Origin: Candidatus Gottesmanbacteria bacterium
GTDB lineage: Bacteria > Patescibacteriota > Microgenomatia > UBA10105 > UBA927
Reading direction: 5' to 3'
Length of the DNA stretch: 64,000 nt
Assembly (NCBI GenBank): GCA_963790805.1
Contig: CAWBPL010000002.1
Span: 825,814 to 889,813 of the forward strand
Translations under genes and position numbers: made by a program
In this document: positions 19,279-28,166 of the stretch, one piece after another
Layout: each line of letters starts with the position of its first letter
Position numbering within the stretch: the stretch's first letter is position 1
Notes under the pieces: model-generated
What the model was told of the DNA's origin: nothing
Database searches by the model: none
What the model saw: only the letters and a program-made list of their open reading frames with translations

Positions 19279-20481
19279 TTAATCCTGCAAATTCTGCGGG
19301 CTTGTTACATCCGTCGGCGGATTCATCGGGGGAATCGACTGCGGTGTTGGCGGACTTCCTCGCCGGATGAGTAAAAACGCCACTATGACGGCAATAATGC
19401 CTCCAATCACCCACCATAAACTGCCGTTTCCGCTTGATCGTTTTGATGGCATTGGTGTCGGGGTAGGAGTCGGCGTCGGCGTCGGGGATGGCGTTTCAGA
19501 AATGAGTGAAACGACGATCGGAGACGGCGTAATGCGCAGGCCGCTTATTAACGTGGTTTGCGACAAAGGGGTGGGGGTTGGCGTGGGACTTATCGAGATG
19601 GTTTGTTTGCAGGTATTTGAAAAATTAGAATACGCATTGTTATTATCCACTACAAGACAAGAAGCCCCGAATGCCCCTATGTTCGTATAGGTATGCGTTG
19701 TCGTGATAAATCCGGGACTTCCGACGTTTTTTTGTATTGTTTGGTAGGTGCCGTCGCCGAATAGAAATTCTATGCCATTGATATACCCGTCGGTATCAAC
19801 GCCGGTGCAGGTAAATGTAACGGTCAGCGGCTCGCCGACCGCACTTGAAACGTTGGTACTTAAGCTTGCACAGACGGGTAGAGTGTTTTGTCCGGGAACA
19901 GGTGTAGGTGTGGGGGTGGGAGTTGAGGTCGGGGAAGCGCCGGGAATGGGTGTGGGTGTTGGACTTACTCCACTTGAATATGTTACACCGACTTGATTTA
20001 CCTCTGAACAAGCAAGAATATTTTGTCCGGAGGTTGTCAAAATATTGGTAGTCGTGGTGCCGCTCGTGCATGCAAATGAAATCGCGCTGCTTCCTGAATC
20101 TTTCTTTGCGGTCAACCCGATTATTGCCATCGTTCCGTTTCCAGTGATAGTAGAATTTCCCGCCGTCGTATACCCGTGAATTTCTATAACTCCCGACGTA
20201 TCTTTGGAGAAACTTAATTCCGGAAAAAACCCGCCATTTGTAACATATGCTACGTCAAAATCAGCGCTTGCGTAATTTACTATGGCGTCGCTGCTTAAAA
20301 CATTATTTGAATCAACGTTGATGTTTATTTTGACGGTAAATGTGGTGTTCTGGACGGAGGTAACCGCAGTTGGACTGAATTGTAAATCCGTTGTCGCATA
20401 TGCATGGGCAACCGGAAACGCATACGCCCCGAGACAGAGTAAGAAAAACGCTACGCAATTGACAAAAAATTTATTCATCAT
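19279..20481 (-). CDS. Secreted, C-terminally anchored surface protein with PT repeats and a PKD-like domain. It is a paralog of the 13034..14488 gene.
   Basis: It has a signal peptide. The PKD-like block (FTCTGVDTDGYINGIEFLFGDGTYQT) is homologous to the block in 13034..14488. There are long PTPTPTPT runs and a C-terminal TM. Confidence 0.65.
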   Translation of the reverse strand: MMNKFFVNCVAFFLLCLGAYAFPVAHAYATTDLQFSPTAVTSVQNTTFTVKININVDSNNVLSSDAIVNYASADFDVAYVTNGGFFPELSFSKDTSGVIEIHGYTTAGNSTITGNGTMAIIGLTAKKDSGSSAISFACTSGTTTTNILTTSGQNILACSEVNQVGVTYSSGVSPTPTPIPGASPTSTPTPTPTPVPGQNTLPVCASLSTNVSSAVGEPLTVTFTCTGVDTDGYINGIEFLFGDGTYQTIQKNVGSPGFITTTHTYTNIGAFGASCLVVDNNNAYSNFSNTCKQTISISPTPTPTPLSQTTLISGLRITPSPIVVSLISETPSPTPTPTPTPTPMPSKRSSGNGSLWWVIGGIIAVIVAFLLIRRGSPPTPQSIPPMNPPTDVTSPQNLQD

Positions 20482-21820
20482 ATCGCTGTGTCCGTGCTGT
20501 TTGCATCAGCAAGAATAAATCGTATCCATTGATGACTCCGTCGTAATTCAGATCTCCGGTAACAAGATCCTGAGCAGTTAAGCCGGAGGCCGGTTTAGAC
20601 AGAAGATTTACCATGCGATTGATATCCGTTTGGTCGACCTGCCCATCCTGCGGATAGATGTCACCGGGCGGCAAAGGTCTGCCGGTAAAATCAAATCCAT
20701 AGGTAAGCGGTATCGGATCGGGAACCGTTATGTAGGTGCCCCCTGCGCACGGGGCGTCTTGTCCGGTTTGCTGACAGAAGCGGACCGCGAGATGTTTTTC
20801 GCCTTTGACTGATACGGTGAATGCGGTGCCAGAGGGAAAGGGGTTCGTTAATACCGCTGTCGCCTGATATATCCCGTTTCCGGTATATGTAAGTGAAAGG
20901 GGTTGATTGAACTGGAGAATAGCCCCCTCCCGCGTTAAAAATTTGACCGCAATTTTGGCGCCCTGCGCCGAATCGCCCGTAACTCCCCCTAACTTTACGT
21001 TGAATGTTACCGTTTGAGGGTTGGATAGCACAGTGTATGAAGCGGTGGCACTGGCTGCCAGCGAAGATCTTGCGTTTTTGACACTGACGCTTACCGGCAC
21101 GACGGTGCCGTTTGAAATGTTTGAGGGAGACGTAACCGTGAGATTTGTCGTAGCGGTTTTGCCGGGAGAAAGAGTGAGTATTGACGGTGAGAATGACCAG
21201 CCCCAACCAGCTGCACCAGCCTGAACAGTAAGGGCAAATTCAGATGATTGGCACGCGGGGCCGTCGGTATTGGTAACGGTGATGGTATACGGTTTTGCAC
21301 CTCCGGCAGAACCGGTCTGGCTTTGCGGCGTTATGGTTAACGTTGGAGTATTGGATGCACAAAACGGTGTTGGCGTCGGCGTTACGGTGGGAGTTGGCGG
21401 TGCGGTTATGGTCGGCGCGGGTGTTGAGGTTACTGAAGTTTCACAGCCGGTGATATATGGTTTCCCCAGAGCAATCCATTGGTTATATTGAGTCACTTCA
21501 TCAGAAGTCAGTGGAATCAATATCTGTGTGCAAACCAGATCCGTGCGCGGATTTCCCTTACAGGAATTCGGCCATTGAAGCGCGTTATTAACGCTGGTCA
21601 CCCGATTCCAGCAGATTTGCGTGGGTTCGCTTGTTGCGGCACGTTTTCGAAGTTCAATCCGTTGTGTAAGGACTGCCCAGACAAAGAGTGGAAGGGCCAA
21701 TAGCATAAAAGCCAACAACAGCCAGCGTACAAAATGGCTTCGCTCATTCGCCAAAAAATCTGAGCGGTTTCGGAATGTGCTCACGTGTTCATCGTATGCT
21801 TGATCATAGTTCGTCGTCAA
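20471..21820 (-). CDS. Membrane-anchored protein with PT linkers and a C-terminal dockerin-like repeat.
   Basis: GDLNYDGVINGYDLFLLMQ fits the dockerin DxNxDGxxNxxD calcium-binding repeat. A partial first repeat (DGQVDQTDINRMVNLL) precedes it. Confidence 0.55.
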   Translation of the reverse strand: MTTNYDQAYDEHVSTFRNRSDFLANERSHFVRWLLLAFMLLALPLFVWAVLTQRIELRKRAATSEPTQICWNRVTSVNNALQWPNSCKGNPRTDLVCTQILIPLTSDEVTQYNQWIALGKPYITGCETSVTSTPAPTITAPPTPTVTPTPTPFCASNTPTLTITPQSQTGSAGGAKPYTITVTNTDGPACQSSEFALTVQAGAAGWGWSFSPSILTLSPGKTATTNLTVTSPSNISNGTVVPVSVSVKNARSSLAASATASYTVLSNPQTVTFNVKLGGVTGDSAQGAKIAVKFLTREGAILQFNQPLSLTYTGNGIYQATAVLTNPFPSGTAFTVSVKGEKHLAVRFCQQTGQDAPCAGGTYITVPDPIPLTYGFDFTGRPLPPGDIYPQDGQVDQTDINRMVNLLSKPASGLTAQDLVTGDLNYDGVINGYDLFLLMQTARTQRYDE

Positions 21821-21861
21821 GAGAGCTATCTTACAACGGTATATGTGTATACTAAAGATAT

Positions 21862-22962
21862 ATGGGAAATGTGTTTGCCGTTTGGATCGGGCTTTTACCG
21901 TTTGTCATGCTTTTTGGCGCATATGAAGGTCCAAAAGTGTATTGGATGTGGATCGGCGGGTTTTTCCTCGCATTGTATTGGATCATACGACTTATCCGGT
22001 TTCGTCTCCTGACGTTATGTCAATCGAGTCTGTGGTTTTTGGTGTGGATATTCGTGCTGGGAGTTGCGAGCATTACGGGCGTTCACCCAGTTGATTCCAT
22101 TATCGGCGGAAGCTATCGTCATCAGGGCGTTTTGCTGTTTTTTACGTTGTTTCTGATTTCAGAGACGTTACTTTTGATTTCAGCGCAACAAAAGCAAATA
22201 CTTCGAATCTTTTTAACGATGTCGGTCGTTATCGAAAGTGCGCTTGTTATTGAACAGAAATTGCTGGATTGGGGTAGTAGGCCGCTGGGTACGTTTGGCG
22301 AGCCAAATGCGATTGCGGGGTTTCTTGCCATCGGGCTACTGTGGATTATTATTGCCCCGCGGTTGCAGGTGTGGATGCGAAGCCTTTTGTATTTGTTGGT
22401 TTTGATGGCGGTGGCTGCGACCGGCTCGCGGACGGGGATAGCTGTAGCAACGCTTATGACTATTGCAGTAGAGGTTAAAGGCATTATGTGTTATCGCGTG
22501 AGCGCATTGAGAGTAGGCGTTCTATTAGCGGGTGTGTTTGCCGTGATGATAGGGAGTTATGTTTTTATTCGGGTCGCAGGGATTACGCGCGTTCCCTCCC
22601 TACTTGATGACCGAAAGGTATTTTGGAGTTTAGGAGTGGACGCTTTCACCAAACGGCCGCTTTTGGGGTATGGAGCGGAATCGGAGGAATGGGTCTACGA
22701 ACAGGAATATAAATCGTTAAATATTCAACTTGTCGATTTTATGGTTGATAGGTCACACAATATTTTTTTGGATGTGACTCTTTGGTCCGGCATCATCGGG
22801 CTTGGCGTATTTATCGGATGGTTAACAAGCATTGCTAAAATAATTCGTCAAAAATACGACCCGATTCGACTGGTTGCCATTGCAGCGTGGATACTCTTCG
22901 CATGTCTTCAGCCGGTAGGAGTTGTCCAGTGGGTACAGTTGATACTCCTTGCCGGTGTTTAA
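21862..22962 (+). CDS. O-antigen ligase-like (Wzy_C) polytopic membrane protein.
   Basis: RSHNIFLDVTLWSGIIGLGVF matches the Wzy_C HN...GxxG motif. About 10 TM segments. Confidence 0.6.
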   Translation: MGNVFAVWIGLLPFVMLFGAYEGPKVYWMWIGGFFLALYWIIRLIRFRLLTLCQSSLWFLVWIFVLGVASITGVHPVDSIIGGSYRHQGVLLFFTLFLISETLLLISAQQKQILRIFLTMSVVIESALVIEQKLLDWGSRPLGTFGEPNAIAGFLAIGLLWIIIAPRLQVWMRSLLYLLVLMAVAATGSRTGIAVATLMTIAVEVKGIMCYRVSALRVGVLLAGVFAVMIGSYVFIRVAGITRVPSLLDDRKVFWSLGVDAFTKRPLLGYGAESEEWVYEQEYKSLNIQLVDFMVDRSHNIFLDVTLWSGIIGLGVFIGWLTSIAKIIRQKYDPIRLVAIAAWILFACLQPVGVVQWVQLILLAGV

Positions 22963-22970
22963 ACGGTGGT

Positions 22971-23957
22971 TTATTTCGCGGTAAATTGTTTTATAATGTC
23001 TTTAACCGCGTGCATCTCTTCTTTGGTTCCTATAGATATTCGTACAAAGCGTTCGTCAAGCCCGACGTTACTATGACCATTTCCGTGGCTGATGATACAT
23101 TTGTGCGCAAGAAGATGTTTCGCAAACTTGGTTCCCTCTTCACGTGTTTGAAACTGAATAAGGACCGCGTTTATATTGGAGGGTAAGATAGTAAAGCCGA
23201 GGTTTTTGAGAAATACGATAAAGCTGTTCCGTTCGCTGATGATATTGGCGATAATATTTTTAAAATACGTTTCGTGATCAAGTGCGGTCATTGCCGCACC
23301 GACAGAAAGATATGAAACATTCGCCCATTGGGTTTTGTTACGTATCATTTGGAGAATATCGGGATTGGAGACAACATAGCCTATCCGCGCTCCCGCCATG
23401 CCGTAACTTTTTGAAAAACTTCGGATGACTGCGAGATTAGAATATTTTTTGGTTTCTTCAATGACAGAAAGATGAGCAAATTCTGCATATACTTCGTCGA
23501 TTACAACGAGCGCATGCTGATTATTTTTAATCAGTTCAATCACTTTTTCTTTCGGGGTAAAGCCGCAGGGATTGTTGGGGTTTGCAAGCAGTATGAGTGT
23601 AGCGTTCGGAATGGTTTGTGTGGGTATACTATAATCGCCGTTCTGTAAAGCGTTGATCGCAGTTACTTGTGCATAAAAATCTTTCATACCGGCATAGACA
23701 ATATAGGTGGGAGTAAATATATATGCGCTTTTTCCGTATCCAAGAGCGAATGCGTTGATCGCTTCATCCGCGCCGGCCGTGAGACCGATCATCTCTTTTG
23801 GAAAGTTTAATTTGGTTGCCAACCGGTCGATAAGTATCTGTGGTTGAGGCCGGTACCCGTTTGCGTTTCGACAATATTCTTTTAATCCTTCCCAGACGAA
23901 ATCAGGAAGGGTGGTGGTTAAGGTTGTAAACTGTAAGTTAATGATGGTATCGCTCAT
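22971..23957 (-). CDS. PLP-dependent aminotransferase class I/II (HisC-like).
   Basis: SFSKSYGMAGARIGY is the PLP-lysine motif, with NPNNPCG upstream. Confidence 0.75.
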   Translation of the reverse strand: MSDTIINLQFTTLTTTLPDFVWEGLKEYCRNANGYRPQPQILIDRLATKLNFPKEMIGLTAGADEAINAFALGYGKSAYIFTPTYIVYAGMKDFYAQVTAINALQNGDYSIPTQTIPNATLILLANPNNPCGFTPKEKVIELIKNNQHALVVIDEVYAEFAHLSVIEETKKYSNLAVIRSFSKSYGMAGARIGYVVSNPDILQMIRNKTQWANVSYLSVGAAMTALDHETYFKNIIANIISERNSFIVFLKNLGFTILPSNINAVLIQFQTREEGTKFAKHLLAHKCIISHGNGHSNVGLDERFVRISIGTKEEMHAVKDIIKQFTAK

Positions 23958-24125
23958 GGGGCCATTATATCAGAACTCATCCAGTATTCTGTTGGGATCT
24001 GGATTTTCCGACGGGTTTGGAGAAGTCTGATTATTGCTAAATATGGTGGCCGTAAATCAAATCCCCCCCGAGTATTTATAAACTTATAGTATCATTTTTA
24101 TATTCAGTTATGCTATATTTCGCGT

Positions 24126-25094
24126 ATGTCACAAGAAGTGTTTGTAGCAATCGGTCATATATCGAATGATATCAATCCAAAGCCTCATTTAGGCGGCGGT
24201 GTTTCGTATAGTGCGATTACAGCAAGTCGACTTGGTTTGGATGCCCAAATTTATATAAAGTGCGGTGAAAATAATCCATATATAGATGAATTAGAAAGTT
24301 TTGGCGTTACCGTGCATGTTTTTCCTTCACAAATCCATACGACGACATCTTTTGATAACCATTACGATAAAAAAGGAAACCGAACGCAAATAGTCGCGGA
24401 CATTCAGGAATCCATCACTATTCAGGAGATTGATAAATTGAAAGATATACCAAAAGGCGCAAGCATCTTGGTGGCTCCGATTATTGGAGAAGTAGACATG
24501 AATCTTTTTGCGCCTCTTGCCGAAATCGGAAAGCTTAGTATTACACCACAGGGATTTTTTAGGCGCAAAGAACCGGATGGAACAGTAAAACAAATACGAT
24601 GGGAAGGTTTTGAGGAGCCTTTATCAAAAGCGAAAGGTGCGATAACCGTGTTAAGCACGGAGGATATAACGATTGAAGGTCAGGTAGATACATCACTACG
24701 AAACGAAATAGCGAAAGCATCCTCTATAGTTGCGCTGACGCAGGGCGATAAAGGAGTGACAGTTTACGAACATGGAAAAGAGCCCTTTCATACAGGAGCC
24801 TTTCCACTTTCTGAAGAGGAAACCGTTGATTTTACCGGTGCCGGTGATGTTTTTGCTACTGTTTTTATAACAGAAATGGCCAAAAATGACGGGAACGTTA
24901 AAGCGGCTTCTGTTGCAGCGTGTCTTTTTGCGGCATTAAAAATAAAGGGAATCACCGGAGGCGTTGGTATACAGTCTATTCCAACAACGAAAGAAGTTCA
25001 GACGTTTTTGCACGAAAACCAGAGAAGAGTCGGTGATTATTTACGAAAAGAAGGTGTTGCTGTTTCCGATATTTCATTTTTCAAAAAAGAATAA
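24126..25094 (+). CDS. PfkB-family carbohydrate kinase.
   Basis: DFTGAGDVFA is PfkB signature 2. Confidence 0.75.
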   Translation: MSQEVFVAIGHISNDINPKPHLGGGVSYSAITASRLGLDAQIYIKCGENNPYIDELESFGVTVHVFPSQIHTTTSFDNHYDKKGNRTQIVADIQESITIQEIDKLKDIPKGASILVAPIIGEVDMNLFAPLAEIGKLSITPQGFFRRKEPDGTVKQIRWEGFEEPLSKAKGAITVLSTEDITIEGQVDTSLRNEIAKASSIVALTQGDKGVTVYEHGKEPFHTGAFPLSEEETVDFTGAGDVFATVFITEMAKNDGNVKAASVAACLFAALKIKGITGGVGIQSIPTTKEVQTFLHENQRRVGDYLRKEGVAVSDISFFKKE

Positions 25095-25142
25095 AACTCC
25101 ATGTTGGAGCGCACTGTCAATCCAACCTTCTATACGCTTTTT

Positions 25143-25430
25143 TTAATCAACGTAAACCGTATTTTTCTCAGATTCCGATGGTATTGATGTTACTGCAATA
25201 ATCATTTCATCTTTTGAGTCATTGACGAATTCATGTATTTTCCCTGATCGGTAAAAATACCATCGACCCTGTTTGTGAGTTTTACTATTTCCTTTGATAA
25301 CATGTACGATCTCAATATATGTATGGTAATGCTGTTTTTCCCTTCCTCCTACCTTTGTTTTATATACATCGTATGAAAATAATCCAGGGAGAGATATGTG
25401 CCGGATTGAGGTAAATATATTTTCAACCAT
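25143..25430 (-). CDS. Small cupin-like protein.
   Basis: The HYHTYIEIVHVIKG..W.F pattern is cupin-like. AT-rich codon usage. Confidence 0.4.
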   Translation of the reverse strand: MVENIFTSIRHISLPGLFSYDVYKTKVGGREKQHYHTYIEIVHVIKGNSKTHKQGRWYFYRSGKIHEFVNDSKDEMIIAVTSIPSESEKNTVYVD

Positions 25431-25482
25431 ATTTTATGGCAGACATTGGTAAGCTACGTTGATTTTTATATTTTTCAATGAG

Positions 25483-26046
25483 TTACCAAAATGGAATCTT
25501 TATTACAATAGAATTATCTCCTTCTACGACAACTTTAAGCATATCTTGAGGATCATAAACGAACATGTCGTAATTTTGAGTTTCGGTTCTTACTTCTTCG
25601 CCATCATTTTTTATATGAACGAACCGACCTAATAAACTTGGTACGAATCTATAGCCGCATTTTTTATAAAATTCAAAATTATCTTTATATGTATTACCTA
25701 CTCCCGCTAAATTATTTTCCTCAAGGTATTTAGTTATCTGCCGCATAAGGGAGCTTCCAAACCTTTTACTTTTCTCTATAGCAATTACATTAGCAATACC
25801 CATAATTTGATAAGGTTTATCATCATAATAGAGTGTAATTGGTTTGAGCATACCAAAGGCTTTTGTATAATTTCCTTCTTTTAAGAAGAAAAATGTTGAC
25901 TCCTGTTCATTATTTTTAAAATCTTTTGTATTTTCTCCATATTCCTTAATCCTCTGACTATTCATCATATCTATATAGCCTTCAGACAGGTCTTTACCCA
26001 AAATTACTTCAGTTCTTAAGGAAGACGACTTTATTTTTCCGCCCAT
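25483..26046 (-). CDS. GNAT-family N-acetyltransferase.
   Basis: VIAIEKSKRFGSSLMRQIT matches the acetyl-CoA-binding Q/RxxGxG/A-like region. AT-rich. Confidence 0.55.
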   Translation of the reverse strand: MGGKIKSSSLRTEVILGKDLSEGYIDMMNSQRIKEYGENTKDFKNNEQESTFFFLKEGNYTKAFGMLKPITLYYDDKPYQIMGIANVIAIEKSKRFGSSLMRQITKYLEENNLAGVGNTYKDNFEFYKKCGYRFVPSLLGRFVHIKNDGEEVRTETQNYDMFVYDPQDMLKVVVEGDNSIVIKIPFW

Positions 26047-26111
26047 AATTCAATTCTAAAATATTTTATGAGAAAATTATACCAAGAGTTGATAGAGAGT
26101 TAGAGTAGGAG

Positions 26112-26160
26112 ATACAGGGCCAGAGGGAATCGGACCCCCAATGGGGGTTTTGTCCCAAAA
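26112..26160 (-). repeat. Partial direct repeat of the tRNA-Trp 3' half (T-arm plus acceptor strand), about 20 nt downstream of the tRNA.
   Basis: cagggccagagggaatcggacccccaatgg is identical at 26115-26144 and 26179-26208. Confidence 0.8.
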
Positions 26161-26178
26161 CTTACGGCAAATTTTTTG

Positions 26179-26249
26179 CAGGGCCAGAGGGAATCGGACC
26201 CCCAATGGAGGTTTTGGAGACCTCTGTTATACCGTTTAACTATGGCCCT
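26179..26249 (-). tRNA. tRNA-Trp (anticodon CCA).
   Basis: Hand-folded cloverleaf: acceptor AGGGCCA/TGGCCCT, D-stem GTTA/TAAC, anticodon stem GAGGT/ACCTC with loop CTCCAAA, T-arm GGGGG-TCCGATT-CCCTC, discriminator G. Confidence 0.7.
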
Positions 26250-26298
26250 AAAAGACCAATTTTTATTATACCAGAGTGGGTGATCGGGTCCAAAAAGA

Positions 26299-26829
26299 CT
26301 AGTGAGTAAGCTTCACCGTTTGTATGATCTGATTGAACGTATCGCCGAAGCCTGCGATAAAAACATCTAAGGTTGTATCGGGAATTCTGAATATGAATGC
26401 ATCGATCTGGGAGCCGTTTGTGCCCGATGAGTCGTGATACAGCGTAGCTTCCGCGCTTGCCGATTTGGCGTCGTTTGTGACGACGGTTGTTTGGATATTT
26501 GAGGAAGATGTAGCAGGTCTTGGAATATTATTCTTACATGCTATCGCAATGATTTGTTGACCGCCGGCGGAGTTTAATGAGACGCTGCTTGTTGAAGCAT
26601 CTTCCTGTTTGGTAAGCGTGAGCGGATATTCAAGTGAGAATCCACAACGCGTATTTGTATATACACCCCATGCGTCTGCTGGTATCGGTGTTGGCGCCGA
26701 ATGTGCGGTTGTGGTAGCTGGTTGTTCCCGTGTTTTGGCAGTAGTGAAAAATCTATAGAGATTAATGGTGACTATTAATGCGGCAAAAACCGCCAAGAAG
26801 ACGATAAGCAGATACGTATTGCGATGCAT
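26299..26829 (-). CDS. Hypothetical N-terminally anchored secreted protein.
   Basis: N-terminal TM segment, then a Thr/Pro/Ala-rich stretch. Confidence 0.45.
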   Translation of the reverse strand: MHRNTYLLIVFLAVFAALIVTINLYRFFTTAKTREQPATTTAHSAPTPIPADAWGVYTNTRCGFSLEYPLTLTKQEDASTSSVSLNSAGGQQIIAIACKNNIPRPATSSSNIQTTVVTNDAKSASAEATLYHDSSGTNGSQIDAFIFRIPDTTLDVFIAGFGDTFNQIIQTVKLTH

Positions 26830-26838
26830 ACGATGGAC

Positions 26839-27012
26839 TTAATCGAGTTTGTTCGTTTCTTTATGTTCTGTGTGTTTGCGGCAATGCCGGCAATATTTTT
26901 TCATCACCAGTTTTTCAGGCGTATTTATTTTATTCCGTTTGGTGATGTAATTTTGCGCTTTACAAACAGAGCATATAAGCGCGATTAATTCACGTTGTTC
27001 TTTTTTTGCCAT
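26839..27012 (-). CDS. rpmG: 50S ribosomal protein L33. It is absent from the ORF track because it is shorter than 60 aa.
   Basis: Hand translation gives MAKKEQRELIALICSVCKAQNYITKRNKINTPEKLVMKKYCRHCRKHTEHKETNKLD, with the L33 CxxC...CxxC zinc ribbon. Confidence 0.8.
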   Translation of the reverse strand: MAKKEQRELIALICSVCKAQNYITKRNKINTPEKLVMKKYCRHCRKHTEHKETNKLD

Positions 27013-27026
27013 GAAGTGATTATACC

Positions 27027-27899
27027 CTAGATTGGGTTTATAGCCAAGAGGGTTTCGCCGAAGAGGTGATTTGCGAGTATGGTATCAACAAGCGTTTGGG
27101 CAAAGAGCACTTGGCCCTCTTGGGAATAGTGGATGTGATCACTGCTATTTATATACTGGAGGCGCCCGTTTCCAAGAATATCGAGGCTGGCATGATAGAC
27201 GTCGGCAAGCGGTAAATGTTTGTTTTGAGCAAAACGGATTGCATTTTCCAGATATTGTTTAATCGTTGCCGTTTGCTCAATTTTTTCAAAGAAATTCAGC
27301 GATATGCCCGGTGCCCCGTTTCCGAAGACGAAACTGTTGGGCGCAATGGTTGCTGCGATGACAATTTTTACTCCCGGAATATCGGATTTCAGCGTATCGA
27401 CTATTGTTGCAAGAGCGTTCCAATGCCGCTTAAGGGCCCCGTCAGATGAAGAATAGGGATTGTATGCGAATGACTCCACAACGACGACATCAGGTTGTGT
27501 TGATACCAGCGGTGGAATATCGCGACCAAGATACGTATATGAGTTAGTAAGACGCTTTATTCCATAATCTATATTTGTCGCGCCCACGCCGTAGTTGAGA
27601 ATTGTAAATGTGGTGTTCGGAAACCGACTTATCAGTTGTGAATTTACCAGCGGTGCATCGGGCCCCAATGTGTCAATCATTGAATCTCCCAGAAGCGCTA
27701 TCGTATAGTGACGTTTCCTCGTTTGGTAGGTAGGTGGCGGCGGTGGCTTTGTAGGAACGGGCGGGGGCGAACGAAGGGAGCCAAACGTTTTTAAAGGCAT
27801 CAATACATTTTGTTGTTTGAGGGTGATGGTATTGGGCAGCGGTGAGATGACAGCTTTTGCGGCAAATACGATAGTTGCGAAAAGCGACAGGAGATTCAT
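27027..27899 (-). CDS. SGNH/GDSL-family hydrolase, secreted.
   Basis: IALLGDSMID is the GDS(L) block I. There is an N-terminal signal sequence. Confidence 0.65.
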   Translation of the reverse strand: MNLLSLFATIVFAAKAVISPLPNTITLKQQNVLMPLKTFGSLRSPPPVPTKPPPPPTYQTRKRHYTIALLGDSMIDTLGPDAPLVNSQLISRFPNTTFTILNYGVGATNIDYGIKRLTNSYTYLGRDIPPLVSTQPDVVVVESFAYNPYSSSDGALKRHWNALATIVDTLKSDIPGVKIVIAATIAPNSFVFGNGAPGISLNFFEKIEQTATIKQYLENAIRFAQNKHLPLADVYHASLDILGNGRLQYINSSDHIHYSQEGQVLFAQTLVDTILANHLFGETLLAINPI

Positions 27900-27922
27900 A
27901 TATTATTACAATACACGATTTG

Positions 27923-27994
27923 AGCCTGGAGCGGGAATTGGACCCGCGACCTAGTTCTTACCAAGAACTCGCTCTACCACTGAGCCATCCAGGC
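27923..27994 (-). tRNA. tRNA-Thr (anticodon GGT).
   Basis: GCCTGGA-TG-GCTC-AGTGGTA-GAGC-G-AGTTC-TTGGTAA-GAACT-AGGTC-GCGGG-TCCAATT-CCCGC-TCCAGGC-T. Confidence 0.8.
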
Positions 27995-28166
27995 GTTCTT
28001 TGATTCTATACCGCAATAACTCGGGATTGCAACTAAGGTTATTGAGTATAAACCCATCTAGTCAGATTTTTCACTTAAGAAAGTTGCAAATCTGAGTAAG
28101 ATGGGCATATCAAATTGGCTGTGTCAGAGGCAACGACACCTTTGACGTGGTAGACTAAAAGGGTAT

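Noticed and set aside
19367-19996. ORFs 19367..19690 and 19748..19996, encoding GVGVGVGV-type peptides.
   Set aside because: They are the reverse-strand reading of the PTPTPT linker codons of the real surface-protein gene 19279..20481. ORF 21270..21491 is the same artefact inside 20471..21820.
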